Shown in pieces: positions 29,525-39,483 of a stretch of DNA of 64,000 bases. Under the pieces are notes generated by a model. The model was not told the origin of the DNA. It saw only the letters and a program-made list of their open reading frames with translations, and did not search any database. The DNA comes from an uncultured Candidatus Saccharibacteria bacterium (GTDB taxonomy: Bacteria > Patescibacteriota > Minisyncoccia > Phycocordibacterales > CAYRGE01). The position numbers and the translations under genes are program-made. Position 1 is the first letter of the stretch; every line of letters begins with the position of its first letter. The stretch lies in the NCBI GenBank assembly GCA_964612415.1, contig CAZTCT010000003.1:10477-74476 (forward strand), written 5' to 3'.

Positions 29525-30019
29525 ATGTCCATGAGCGAGAAACTTATACGCGACAAAATTCTTGCACGAATACAGCAAGAAAAATTAGGGAAAGGAGAAC
29601 GACCGATTAGGTTTCGCCAGGTGAGTGGGGCTGAGAAACAGGATTTTCTCCTTAAAAAATTGACTGAAGAGGTTGGGGAATTTGTAGATGCAAAAAATAC
29701 CGAGGAAGCCGGTGATGTCTTCACTGTGCTTGATGCTATTGCCGCATCTGGGCATTTTGACCAGCAAGAAATAGAGTGGAGAAGAGGGGAAAAAGTACGG
29801 CGGGATTGGATACCTGATTTTACCACACTTGAGAAGAAGGTAGATGAGTTTAAAAATAGCCAAAACGAGACGAATCTCGGAGATATTTTCTGGATCATGG
29901 AGCGGCTTCTTGACCAACTTGGTGTTGATTTACAAAGAGTAGAGGAAGTCCGCTTAGATAAGCAAAACAAAAGTGGCGTCTTCGAGGAGGGTATTGTTGT
30001 TGACACAGAGGATTTGTAG
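29525..30019 (+). CDS. MazG/HisE-like nucleotide pyrophosphohydrolase superfamily protein
   Basis: LLKKLTEEVGEFVDAKNTEEAGDVFTVLDAIAA resembles the MazG EExxE...D motif; low-complexity C-term. Confidence 0.4.
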   Translation: MSMSEKLIRDKILARIQQEKLGKGERPIRFRQVSGAEKQDFLLKKLTEEVGEFVDAKNTEEAGDVFTVLDAIAASGHFDQQEIEWRRGEKVRRDWIPDFTTLEKKVDEFKNSQNETNLGDIFWIMERLLDQLGVDLQRVEEVRLDKQNKSGVFEEGIVVDTEDL

Positions 30020-30048
30020 AAAAGTACTAGAGACACTTTCATTTTAGT

Positions 30049-31458
30049 ATGTTTAAGACCCCACAGTGGGTCTTTTGTTTTACGCCAAAGAAAAATGTGG
30101 AAAGTGAGTTTATTGGATGTGGTACGATAATGAACGTGGAAACTGTATCTCAAGAAGGGAAAATGCACCTTATCAAAAATTTTGAATCACTCACAACAAC
30201 TCCTCTTCGAGCTGACGCCCTTTCTATTTTAGAGGAGGGGTACATTTCTATTCAAACTGACACAGTTGTGCGTGCTAGTATGCGACGTGACGGAGATGTG
30301 CTCATTATACGAGGGAATGAGATTCACCTTGATCGGTATGAGAAGATCTTTTTTGTGGGTATCGGGAAGTGTGCTGCAGATGCAGCAAAAGCCATAGAGC
30401 CACTAATTGAGGATAAATTAACAGGAGGGATTGTTATTGATGTGCGAGGGGTTTCTCTTGGGAAGATATCCTCTCGAATAGGAACACATCCGCTTCCATC
30501 GGAACAAAATATTTCTGCTGCTCAGGAAATCAAAGAACTTTTGCAGGGTGTTACCGAAAAAGATCTCATCATTACTGTCATATCAGGAGGGGGTTCGGCG
30601 CTTCTGTGTCTACCCCACGACATGTCTTGCCAGTCGCTTTCAGACATTACGGAGTCTTTGATGAATCAAGGAGCAACTATCGAGGAAATTAATACTGTAC
30701 GAAAACATACTTCTGATATTCAAGGGGGACAATTTGCGGCACTTGCATATCCAGCAGAAGTCTATGCAATCATTTTTTCCGATGTTCCAGGGAACGAGAT
30801 CGGAACCATTGCATCAGGCCCTACTGTTATGGATACGAGCACTAAAGAGGATGCGGAAAGAATTCTGGTAAAGTATCAGGTGCGCACCCTTTGCAAACTT
30901 CCTCACTGTGATGTCATTGAAACCCCCAAAGAGGAAAAGTATTTTGAGAGAGTTAGGAATATTTTAGTGCTTACAAATCTCACACCCCTCCGGGCTATGG
31001 CCCGGAAGGCAAAAGAGCTTGGGTATCAATGTGAAATTGTTGATGCTCGTATTGAAGGAGAAGCACGGGATGTTGGTGCTCGAATTGCAAGCGAAGCGCG
31101 TGTCCCGGGAACATGCTTGTTATATGGAGGGGAAACGACTGTGACAGTAAAGAAAAAAGGTGCAGGTGGTAGGAGTCAGGAATTTGTTCTTGGAGCACTT
31201 GCACATCTTGGAGATAACACAGCTATTGTTGCAGCGGCATCGGATGGATGGGATAATAGTGACAAAGCTGGGGCCATTGCTGATAAAGAAACTTTGGCGA
31301 CTGCACAGAAACTTTCTCTTGACCCCGAGATGTTTCTTGCAAACAATACATCATACGAATTCTTTCGAGCTGCGGGGGGACATGTTGAAACAGGGAGAAT
31401 GGGAAGTAATGTTTCGGATATGTATTTCACCCTCACGGGAGTTTCCAAGCAGGGTTAA
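30049..31458 (+). CDS. glycerate 2-kinase (MOFRL/GckA family)
   Basis: IFFVGIGKCAADAAKAIE (DUF4147) and C-terminal MOFRL region ...GGGSALLCLPH...; true start may be the internal ATG ~30163 (MHLIKNFESL). Confidence 0.6.
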   Translation: MFKTPQWVFCFTPKKNVESEFIGCGTIMNVETVSQEGKMHLIKNFESLTTTPLRADALSILEEGYISIQTDTVVRASMRRDGDVLIIRGNEIHLDRYEKIFFVGIGKCAADAAKAIEPLIEDKLTGGIVIDVRGVSLGKISSRIGTHPLPSEQNISAAQEIKELLQGVTEKDLIITVISGGGSALLCLPHDMSCQSLSDITESLMNQGATIEEINTVRKHTSDIQGGQFAALAYPAEVYAIIFSDVPGNEIGTIASGPTVMDTSTKEDAERILVKYQVRTLCKLPHCDVIETPKEEKYFERVRNILVLTNLTPLRAMARKAKELGYQCEIVDARIEGEARDVGARIASEARVPGTCLLYGGETTVTVKKKGAGGRSQEFVLGALAHLGDNTAIVAAASDGWDNSDKAGAIADKETLATAQKLSLDPEMFLANNTSYEFFRAAGGHVETGRMGSNVSDMYFTLTGVSKQG

Positions 31459-31463
31459 TTTTA

Positions 31464-33908
31464 TTGTTCCTTATGATTCCTGAAGACAAAGCACAACGAC
31501 TTATTCTATGGTTTGATCAAGTTACTAATGCCGATACCGCTCTTGTGGGTGGTAAAAATGCATCACTTGGGGAGATGTATACACGGTTGGTCCCGGAAGG
31601 AGTCAATGTGCCGAATGGATTTGCGGTAACGGCACATGCATACAGGGTTTTTCTTGATGGAACCAATCTGAGGAAAATTATTCAAAGCGAACTCTCTGGT
31701 TTTGATGCCCGTGACGTTCGTGCGCTTGCCCGCAAGGGGTCTTTGATACGCAAGGCTTTTCTTAAAGAGGAGTTTCCCCCCATCCTTGTAGAAGAGATTA
31801 AAAAAGCTTACAAAGACCTCTCTGGGGCATATCAAGCAAAGGATGTTGATGTCGCGGTGCGATCTTCTGCGACCGCGGAGGATCTCCCTGGTGCATCATT
31901 TGCTGGTGAGCATGAAACCTTTTTGAATATTTCAGGCGAGAGAGCGCTTATGACTGCCGTAAGAGCCGCGATGGCGTCTCTCTTCACTGATCGAGCAATT
32001 TCATATCGCATTGATAAGGGGTTTGATCACCTAAGCGTCTCGCTTTCCGTTGGTGTTCAAAAAATGGTCCGTTCTGACAAAGCATGTTCGGGTGTAATGT
32101 TTACTCTCGATACGGAGACGGGCTTCCCAAATGTAGTCGAAATCAACGCATCATGGGGGCTTGGGGAAATGGTGGTACAAGGGAAAGTTACTCCAGATGA
32201 ATTTATTGTTTTTAAGCCGACTCTTGCTGAAGGATATGCTCCTATTATTCGGAGACAACTTGGAGCTAAGCGCGACAAGATGATATATGCATCTTACGGG
32301 AGTAATCCAGTTAAAGAAATAAAGACAACTCCAAAAGAGCGCTCACGATTTACTCTCTCTGATGAGGAAGTTTTGCGTCTGGCGCGGTGGGGTGTGACCA
32401 TTGAAAGCCATTATTCTCGAGTTGCGGGAAGGAATATGCCGATGGATATTGAGTGGGCAAAAGACGGAAACACGGGAGATTTATTTATCGTGCAAGCTCG
32501 TCCTGAAACAGTCCAATCAGAAAAAAAGAAGTTTGAAATACGGCGGTATACTTTACAGGAAAAAAGTGAAGTAATTGTGGAGGGTATTCCAGTCGGTGCA
32601 AAAATTGCTACTGGGAAAGCGCGTATTCTACTTTCAACAAAAGACCTCAGCTCATTCAAAGATGGTGAAATTCTTGTCACAGAGATCACAGATCCTGATT
32701 GGGAGCCTATTATGAAAAAAGCTGCGGCTATTATTACCGAAAAAGGTGGACGAACTTCTCATGCAGCAATCGTCTCACGTGAACTCGGTATCCCTGCGGT
32801 GATTGGCGCGCAAGGAGCTACTCATGCCATTAAGACAGGAACAGAGATTACTACAGATTGTTCCTCTGGAGATAAAGGAGTTGTATACAAAGGTAGATTA
32901 AAATGGACTGAGAAAGCCTACAACTTAGATACATTACCGCGAATCAAAACGCATCTTGCGCTTAATATCGGGAGCCCTGAGGGAGCGTTTGTGCACGGGC
33001 TTCTCCCACACCATGGGGTAGGACTTGCGAGGGAAGAGTTTATTATTGCTTCGCACATCGGGGTACATCCCTTGGCGCTCATTCATTACGACAAAATTAA
33101 AAATATTCAGTTAAAGCAAAAGATAGACAAAATCACTGAAGGGTATAAAGACAAAAAAGAATTTTATATTGAACGACTTTCCTTGGGTATTGGTCAAATT
33201 GCCGCTGCTTTTTGGCCACACCAGGTAATCGTAAGATTCTCTGATTTTAAAACGAATGAATATCGGTCACTCATTGGAGGAGACATGTATGAGCCACATG
33301 AAGAAAATCCAATGCTTGGGTGGAGAGGTGCTGCTCGATATGCGCATGAAGATTTTCGCCTCGCGTTTCGACTTGAATGCGAAGCGGTGAAAAGGGTGAG
33401 AGAGCGTTTTGGGCTCAAGAATCTTGCAACGATGGTGCCATTTTGTCGTACTCCTGATGAAGGAAGGAGGGTTGTGCGTCTAATGAAAGAGTTCGGACTT
33501 ACTCGAGGAGAGAATGGTCTCCGCGTGTATATGATGTGTGAAATACCTACAAATGTATTGCGAGCAGATGAATTCTTAGATATTTTTGATGGATTCTCAA
33601 TTGGCTCAAATGATTTGGCGCAAACAACATTAGGGCTTGATCGTGACTCCAGTATTGTCGCAGGAATCTCAAATGAAAACGATCCTGCTGTGCGCTCTCT
33701 TGTTGCAACAGCTATCTCGGCGTGCAAAAAACGGGGGAAGTACATTGGTTTTTGTGGACAGGCACCATCTGATTACCCAGAGTTCCTACGCTTTTTAGTG
33801 GAACAAGAGCTTGATGCCATCTCACTAAACCCTGATGTCTTATTGCCCATGATGTCTGAAGTTGCTGAGGAGGAGGGAAAGATGCAGCAGAAAAGATCAC
33901 TCCCATGA
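31464..33908 (+). CDS. ppsA: phosphoenolpyruvate synthase (pyruvate, water dikinase)
   Basis: LILWFDQVTNADTALVGGKNASLGEMY; phosphohistidine domain GGRTSHAAIVSRELGIPAVIG; C-terminal PEP-utilising TIM barrel. Confidence 0.85.
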   Translation: MFLMIPEDKAQRLILWFDQVTNADTALVGGKNASLGEMYTRLVPEGVNVPNGFAVTAHAYRVFLDGTNLRKIIQSELSGFDARDVRALARKGSLIRKAFLKEEFPPILVEEIKKAYKDLSGAYQAKDVDVAVRSSATAEDLPGASFAGEHETFLNISGERALMTAVRAAMASLFTDRAISYRIDKGFDHLSVSLSVGVQKMVRSDKACSGVMFTLDTETGFPNVVEINASWGLGEMVVQGKVTPDEFIVFKPTLAEGYAPIIRRQLGAKRDKMIYASYGSNPVKEIKTTPKERSRFTLSDEEVLRLARWGVTIESHYSRVAGRNMPMDIEWAKDGNTGDLFIVQARPETVQSEKKKFEIRRYTLQEKSEVIVEGIPVGAKIATGKARILLSTKDLSSFKDGEILVTEITDPDWEPIMKKAAAIITEKGGRTSHAAIVSRELGIPAVIGAQGATHAIKTGTEITTDCSSGDKGVVYKGRLKWTEKAYNLDTLPRIKTHLALNIGSPEGAFVHGLLPHHGVGLAREEFIIASHIGVHPLALIHYDKIKNIQLKQKIDKITEGYKDKKEFYIERLSLGIGQIAAAFWPHQVIVRFSDFKTNEYRSLIGGDMYEPHEENPMLGWRGAARYAHEDFRLAFRLECEAVKRVRERFGLKNLATMVPFCRTPDEGRRVVRLMKEFGLTRGENGLRVYMMCEIPTNVLRADEFLDIFDGFSIGSNDLAQTTLGLDRDSSIVAGISNENDPAVRSLVATAISACKKRGKYIGFCGQAPSDYPEFLRFLVEQELDAISLNPDVLLPMMSEVAEEEGKMQQKRSLP

Positions 33909-35113
33909 AGATCTCAAAAATTCTTGTGAATGAAATTGCCGACTCACGTGGAGTGGCGACTCTAGAAGTGGTACTTTCCTCTGGTGGCATGGAGGCAAAG
34001 GGCGCTGTCCCCTCCGGGAAAAGTACAGGCTCTCACGAGGCTCTAGAATTACGCGATGCTGATGGTGGAGTTTCGATAGCCAAAAAAAATGTTTTGGAAA
34101 TCATCGGGCCCGGGCTTATGGCGAAGGAATGGAGCTCTCCAGAAGAAATCGATCAAGTTCTCATTTCTCTGGATGGGACTAAAAATAAAACTCGCCTTGG
34201 TGCCAATGCGCTCCTTGGTGTAAGTATTGCTGCGCACAGGTTGTTTGCGAAAGCCGCGAGTGTTCCATTATGGAAACTTATTGCACAGAGCAATAACACC
34301 ACGCCAAAAACACCAAGATTGTTCATGAATGTCATGAACGGAGGCGCGCATGCTGATTTTCGGCTCCCATTCCAAGAATACATACTTATTGTAAATGGGA
34401 AGACAGCGAGAGATTCATATGAACGTGCCCAGGTTGCTTTTGCCACACTTGGCAATATGCTCAAGGATTGTTGCGGTAATATACCATTAGGTGATGAAGG
34501 CGGGTATTCTCCCTTATTCTCTGACGTTGAACAGCCGTTCTCTCTTCTTTCCTCCCTGACGGTGGGGTTACATGATATATCTATCGGCATTGATGCAGCA
34601 GCCACGGAGTTTTTTAAAAAAGAGCAGTACATCGTATCTGGACAGGCCCATTCTCGCGCTGAACTTCTTGCGCTCTATGAAACACTCATAGATTCGTACC
34701 ATTTAGCGAGCATCGAAGATCCATTTGCTGAGCACGATATAGAAGGATTTACTGAGCTAACAAAAAGAGCTCAGGGCAAGGCACTCGTGATTGGCGACGA
34801 TCTTACGGTGACAAACCCAGAACTCATCAAGAAATTCTCGGCAAGCCACTCTGCAACAGGAGTTATTATTAAACCAAACCAAATTGGAACTGTTACAGAA
34901 ACCTGCGAAGCAGCACGTGTGGCGCGAGATGCTGGCTGGGAGATCGTTGTCTCGCATCGTTCTGGAGAGACCCGCGATACATTTGTTTCGGACCTTGCAT
35001 TTGGGCTTGGTGCATATGGGCTCAAGGCTGGGGCACCAACACAGGAGGTGAGAAGAGTAAAGTACGAGCGTCTACTTGAAGCAGAGGAAGAATTTCTTCA
35101 TAATACAAAATAA
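33905..35113 (+). CDS. eno: enolase
   Basis: MKISKILVNEIADSRGVATLEVVLSSGGMEAKGAVPSGKSTGSHEALELRD. Confidence 0.85.
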   Translation: MKISKILVNEIADSRGVATLEVVLSSGGMEAKGAVPSGKSTGSHEALELRDADGGVSIAKKNVLEIIGPGLMAKEWSSPEEIDQVLISLDGTKNKTRLGANALLGVSIAAHRLFAKAASVPLWKLIAQSNNTTPKTPRLFMNVMNGGAHADFRLPFQEYILIVNGKTARDSYERAQVAFATLGNMLKDCCGNIPLGDEGGYSPLFSDVEQPFSLLSSLTVGLHDISIGIDAAATEFFKKEQYIVSGQAHSRAELLALYETLIDSYHLASIEDPFAEHDIEGFTELTKRAQGKALVIGDDLTVTNPELIKKFSASHSATGVIIKPNQIGTVTETCEAARVARDAGWEIVVSHRSGETRDTFVSDLAFGLGAYGLKAGAPTQEVRRVKYERLLEAEEEFLHNTK

Positions 35114-35115
35114 AT

Positions 35116-36126
35116 ATGCGCGTTGTTTATTTTTATAAAGAAGAGTGGGAGCAAGAATTTGTGAGATCAAGGGCATCTGATATTGACTTTGTAATGCATT
35201 CTGGCACAACTCAAGACAACCCTGATATCCGCGATGAAAATGCAGAGGTCCTCTCCGTGTTCACTAATTCGCATGTAGGGAAGCGGGAGATGGATCGTTT
35301 CCCAAATCTCAAGCATATTGCTACACGCTCTACGGGATATGATCACATTGATCTTGGCGAGGCGGCAGCGCGTGGAATCGTTGTTTCAAATGTTCCGATG
35401 TATGGAGAGAATACTGTTGCGGAGTTCACCTTTGCGTTACTCCTTACATTGTCCCGTAAGGTTTACGATGCATATAAACGCATTGAGCAGACGGGCTCAT
35501 TCTCCCAGGATGGATTAAGAGGCTTTGACTTAAAAGGGAAAACCCTTGGTATCGTTGGTGGTGGGCACATTGGCCTTCACAGCGCAAGAATCGCTCGTGG
35601 CTTTGATATGAATGTGGTCGTCTTTGATGTACATCCCAATAACGCGCTTGCGGAGGAAATAGGATTCAAATATGTCGGCTTTGATGAGCTTCTTGGCGCA
35701 TCTGACGTAATTACACTTCATGTGCCGTACAATCCACATACACACCATCTCATCAACCAAGGGAATATTGGGAAAATAAAAAGAGGGGCATACCTCATCA
35801 ATACTTCTCGAGGTCCTGTTGTAGAAACCCTGGCTCTCGTGAAGGCTCTTGAAGAGGGGATTCTTGCTGGAGCAGGGCTAGATGTCTTAGAAGAAGAAGG
35901 GGAGATGGTGGATGAAACAGAGCTTCTTTTCTCACCTCACCCCAATGCAGAAAAACTTCACAGCGTTCTTGCTAATCACTATTTCATTGACCATCCTCGC
36001 GTGATAGTCACGCCGCACAATGCATTCAATACCCAAGAAGCGATTGAGCGTATTTTGCAGACAACCGCAGAAAATATTCTCGCATTCAAGAACGGTGCCT
36101 CGCAAAATATAGTTTCAAAATCATAA
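35116..36126 (+). CDS. D-isomer specific 2-hydroxyacid dehydrogenase (NAD-binding)
   Basis: GKTLGIVGGGHIGLHSARIARGFDMNVVVFD Rossmann motif; catalytic ...TPHNAFNT. Confidence 0.75.
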   Translation: MRVVYFYKEEWEQEFVRSRASDIDFVMHSGTTQDNPDIRDENAEVLSVFTNSHVGKREMDRFPNLKHIATRSTGYDHIDLGEAAARGIVVSNVPMYGENTVAEFTFALLLTLSRKVYDAYKRIEQTGSFSQDGLRGFDLKGKTLGIVGGGHIGLHSARIARGFDMNVVVFDVHPNNALAEEIGFKYVGFDELLGASDVITLHVPYNPHTHHLINQGNIGKIKRGAYLINTSRGPVVETLALVKALEEGILAGAGLDVLEEEGEMVDETELLFSPHPNAEKLHSVLANHYFIDHPRVIVTPHNAFNTQEAIERILQTTAENILAFKNGASQNIVSKS

Positions 36127-36171
36127 AGGGATTTGTTTGCAAATATAACGAGGTGGAGTATCCTTAAGTTT

Positions 36172-36534
36172 ATGAAACTTATTGTTAAATGGTTTATCTC
36201 TGCGCTTGCTCTTCTTTTAGTCGCCTATCTTGTGCCAGATATTGTTGTTGCGTCGTTTTGGACGGCACTTCTCATTGCGGCTGTTTTAGGGATCGTGAAT
36301 ATCTTGCTTAAGCCATTGCTTATTATCTTCACTTTGCCAATCAATATTTTAACCCTTGGCTTGTTTACTTTTGTAATCAACGGGTTTCTTTTCTGGTTTG
36401 TTGCTTCCTTTATTGAAGGGTTTGATATTACTTCTACTGGGTGGAGAGGGTTCGGTGTTGCTATTTTAGGAGCGTTTATTGTCTCTATATTTAGTTATAT
36501 AGGGAATCAACTCATTCTTCGCGATCATGACTAA
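36172..36534 (+). CDS. phage-holin-family-4/DUF360-type small membrane protein
   Basis: MKLIVKWFISALALLLVAYLVPDIVVASFWTALLIAAVLGIVNILLKPLLIIFTLPINILTLGLFTFVINGFLFW; 4 TM. Confidence 0.55.
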   Translation: MKLIVKWFISALALLLVAYLVPDIVVASFWTALLIAAVLGIVNILLKPLLIIFTLPINILTLGLFTFVINGFLFWFVASFIEGFDITSTGWRGFGVAILGAFIVSIFSYIGNQLILRDHD

Positions 36535-37396
36535 GGGTATGGATGAAGATTCGGCAACAAAAGCACCAACTGCTGTTATCTACCACGCAGAATGTCCTGA
36601 TGGTTTTGCTGGTGCGTTTGCTGCATGGCGAAAGTTTGGGCCCAATGCAGAGTATATCCCACTTCACCACACCAATCCTCTGCCTGTTGATCGTATAAAA
36701 GGATGTGATGTATATTGTGTTGACTTCACCTATGGTCCAGGACCATCTCTGGATCTTCTTCTTGAGCATGCTCATCGCGTGATTCTCATTGATCACCATA
36801 AATCATCAGAGCCTATTCTTGGGAGGTTCGACGAGACACACTTTGCGATAAATCACTCTGCTGCAGTCCTTTCGTGGCAATATTTTCACCCCAATACTCC
36901 AATTCCAAAACTTTTTCAACGTATTGAATCCATAGATCTGGGGCGATTTGATGATCCTGAAGTCCGTGAGACGGATCGTATCCTCACACTTACAAGTCTT
37001 GATTTTAATGAGTGGGATGGGTTTGTTGATGAATTTGAGGATGATGCTCGTCGAGCAGTGTTGCTTCGTGACGGAGCGCTCCTTGATCAATATATGAAAA
37101 TCCAACTTGGTAAACTCCTTAACCATGCGGAAACAGTGAATTTTGAGGGGTATAGGTGCCTTATGGTTAATTCCCCTGTACATGTTTCCTATGTCGGGAA
37201 GGCTCTTTATGAAAAAATGCCACCCATTGGTATTGTGTGGTCTCGTCGTTGCAAGGATATTGTCGTTTCGCTCCGGTCTGATGGGACTGTTGATGTTGCT
37301 GCCCTCGCTGAGAAATATGGAGGTGGAGGGCACAAGCAAGCTGCTGCGTTCTCGTGGGAACAGCAAGAATTGCTCTCATTTTTTGCAAAACAATAG
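36527..37396 (+). CDS. DHH-family phosphoesterase (NrnA-like nanoRNase/pAp phosphatase)
   Basis: VIYHAECPDGFAGAFAAW and ILIDHHK (DHH motif); DHHA1-like C-term GGGGHKQAAAF; 8-nt overlap with upstream gene. Confidence 0.7.
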   Translation: MTKGMDEDSATKAPTAVIYHAECPDGFAGAFAAWRKFGPNAEYIPLHHTNPLPVDRIKGCDVYCVDFTYGPGPSLDLLLEHAHRVILIDHHKSSEPILGRFDETHFAINHSAAVLSWQYFHPNTPIPKLFQRIESIDLGRFDDPEVRETDRILTLTSLDFNEWDGFVDEFEDDARRAVLLRDGALLDQYMKIQLGKLLNHAETVNFEGYRCLMVNSPVHVSYVGKALYEKMPPIGIVWSRRCKDIVVSLRSDGTVDVAALAEKYGGGGHKQAAAFSWEQQELLSFFAKQ

Positions 37397-37419
37397 GCAC
37401 TGTCAGGCCTCTTAATCCG

Positions 37420-37428
37420 TGCTATAAT
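37420..37428 (+). promoter_or_regulatory. extended -10 promoter element TGCTATAAT
   Basis: TGCTATAAT 37420-37428, ~60 nt upstream of ATG 37491. Confidence 0.4.
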
Positions 37429-37490
37429 GGCACAACCCGCGTTTGCTACTATTCCCTGCGGGATAGAATTGCTCAAACACATAAAAATCT

Positions 37491-37976
37491 ATGAACAAAA
37501 AAGTACTCACACTTATCATCGTTATTATTTTGGTCGTGGTAGGATTGTTTGTTTTCAATTCATTTCTTAAGAAGACAACGCTTCCTCAAGATGGAACATC
37601 GCCCACGCAAACACAAGTCCAGAACACTCTTGATGTTCCTGACCAGGCAGGCGGGCAGGAAATATTCATTAATTCAGTTTCAACTAAAGACGGAGGATTT
37701 GTTGTTGTGTACCGAGATAACAATGGCACCCCAGGTTCTGTGATTGGGGTATCTCCGCTCATCTCCGCCGGAACCACAATGAAGAACTTGCGCTTCACGC
37801 TCAATGAGGCAGTAAAAGAGGGAGATGTGGTGTATGCAGCGCTTCACAAAGATAACGGAGATGGAGTATTTGATCCGGCGACAGATGTCATGGCAAAAGA
37901 TCAAAGTGGTAACCCACTCATTAGGAGAGTCGTTATCCTTGGACAGGGCTCTCTTGAAGACGAAGTTAAGCTCTAA
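37491..37976 (+). CDS. hypothetical exported/membrane-anchored protein
   Basis: N-terminal signal-anchor MNKKVLTLIIVIILVVVGLFVF; no recognised domain. Confidence 0.5.
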   Translation: MNKKVLTLIIVIILVVVGLFVFNSFLKKTTLPQDGTSPTQTQVQNTLDVPDQAGGQEIFINSVSTKDGGFVVVYRDNNGTPGSVIGVSPLISAGTTMKNLRFTLNEAVKEGDVVYAALHKDNGDGVFDPATDVMAKDQSGNPLIRRVVILGQGSLEDEVKL

Positions 37977-38002
37977 GTTTGTCCAAGAAGCAGGCAGTGT
38001 CT

Positions 38003-39409
38003 ATGTCTGAATATCGTCCCACGATTGGAATTGAAGTACATGCTGAACTCAAGACGCAGACAAAAATGTTCTGCGCTTGTAAGAATGACCCAGATGAACG
38101 TAATCCCAATGTGAATGTATGTCCAGTGTGCCTCGCACACCCGGGGACCCTACCTGTTGCAAACAAAACTGCAATAAGACATGTGCTTAAGGTTGGCATG
38201 GCGATTGGTGGTACACTCGCTGATTTTACCGAGTTTGATCGCAAGAATTATTTTTATCCCGATCTTCCAAAGGGGTATCAAATAAGTCAGTACGAGCATC
38301 CTTTTGTTTCTGGAGGGGAACTCTCCGGTGTAAAGATCACACGCATCCATCTCGAAGAAGATACTGGACGCTCCTCTCATGACAGCTCTGAAGGGAGTCT
38401 TGTGGATTTCAATCGTGCCGGGGTCCCGCTTATGGAGCTTGTGACTGAGCCTGTGGTACATAGCGTAGAAGAAGCAGGGAAGTTTGGACGGGAACTTCAA
38501 TTACTTCTGCGCACACTTGGCGTGTCGGATGCCAACATGGAAAAAGGGGAGATGCGCGTGGAGGCCAACATATCTATAAGTAAAACTGACAAGTTGGGGA
38601 CTAAGGTTGAGGTGAAAAATCTCAACTCATTTCGTAGTCTTGAGCAAGCAATTAAATTTGAAGTTGAGCGGCAGGAAGAGTTGCTTGAAAAGGGAGAAAG
38701 TGTCGTTCAAGAAACGCGCGGATGGGATGAGAATAAAGGCAAGACCTTCTCACAGAGGAGCAAAGAGTCGGCACATGATTATCGCTATTTCCCTGATCCA
38801 GATTTGCCCAAATTACGGCTAAGCGAAATACCAGAATTCAATGAAGAAGTGCTCAAAAAAGAGTTGCCAGAATTGCCGTGGCAAAAGAGGGAGCGACTTG
38901 CGTCCCTAGGGCTTGCGCCTTCTGTTGTTGAGATGTTCGTTGCAAGCAAAGTATATGGGCCATTTTTTGACGCCGCAACAAAAAATGAAACTGACAAAAA
39001 GGCGAGTGTTCTTGCTGCAAATTATATAAGTTCTGATCTTGCAGGGCTTGCCGCAGGAGAAGAGTCTGTTGGTAAAGTCACCACAGAAGCTTTTGTGGTA
39101 CTTATCAAAATGGCAATTGGCGGAGAAGTTTCTTCTCGGGGGGTAAAAGATATTCTTGCTGTTATGTATACTGAAGGAGGCGATCCAAAACAAATTGCCG
39201 AAGCAAAAGGGCTTATTCAAAAAAATGATGAGGGAGAACTCAAAAAAGTCGTTGAGAAAATTCTTACTGACCACAAGGCGGCCGTAGAAGAGTATAAGGC
39301 TGGGAAAGGACAAGCTCTCCAGTTTCTCGTGGGGCAAGGGATGAAGGCGACGAAAGGTGCAGCAAACCCAGCTCTTTTGGGGAAAATCATCAAAGAGCTC
39401 CTCTCGTAG
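38003..39409 (+). CDS. gatB: Asp-tRNA(Asn)/Glu-tRNA(Gln) amidotransferase subunit B
   Basis: MSEYRPTIGIEVHAELKTQTKMFCACKNDPDERNPNVNVCPVCLAHPGTLPV; start ATG 38003. Confidence 0.85.
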   Translation: MSEYRPTIGIEVHAELKTQTKMFCACKNDPDERNPNVNVCPVCLAHPGTLPVANKTAIRHVLKVGMAIGGTLADFTEFDRKNYFYPDLPKGYQISQYEHPFVSGGELSGVKITRIHLEEDTGRSSHDSSEGSLVDFNRAGVPLMELVTEPVVHSVEEAGKFGRELQLLLRTLGVSDANMEKGEMRVEANISISKTDKLGTKVEVKNLNSFRSLEQAIKFEVERQEELLEKGESVVQETRGWDENKGKTFSQRSKESAHDYRYFPDPDLPKLRLSEIPEFNEEVLKKELPELPWQKRERLASLGLAPSVVEMFVASKVYGPFFDAATKNETDKKASVLAANYISSDLAGLAAGEESVGKVTTEAFVVLIKMAIGGEVSSRGVKDILAVMYTEGGDPKQIAEAKGLIQKNDEGELKKVVEKILTDHKAAVEEYKAGKGQALQFLVGQGMKATKGAANPALLGKIIKELLS

Positions 39410-39423
39410 TGTTTCCCACAATT

Positions 39424-39439
39424 CCCGCAATCATGCGGG
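39424..39439 (+). terminator. short hairpin (CCCGCA-atca-TGCGGG) downstream of gatB, possible weak terminator
   Basis: 6-bp stem; followed by TCTGTT and the gap promoter element. Confidence 0.3.
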
Positions 39440-39441
39440 TC

Positions 39442-39450
39442 TGTTATAAT
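39442..39450 (+). promoter_or_regulatory. extended -10 promoter element TGTTATAAT
   Basis: TGTTATAAT 39442-39450 upstream of gap ATG 39484. Confidence 0.45.
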
Positions 39451-39483
39451 TAAGGCATTAAAGAGTCTTAATTTGCTATTTTT

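Noticed and set aside
29515-30168. 217-aa minus-strand ORF
   Set aside because: It is antisense to the MazG-like gene and the start of the glycerate kinase gene. It is low complexity and is a shadow ORF.
36172-36534. Prophage lysis cassette (holin)
   Set aside because: No integrase, terminase, capsid or endolysin genes nearby. DUF360/holin-4-family proteins are common chromosomal membrane proteins.
37456-37476. Imperfect hairpin CTATTCCC-TGC-GGGATAG in the 5' UTR of the 37491 gene as a regulatory element
   Set aside because: The stem is short with a bulge, and no conservation or known motif could be established from this window alone.
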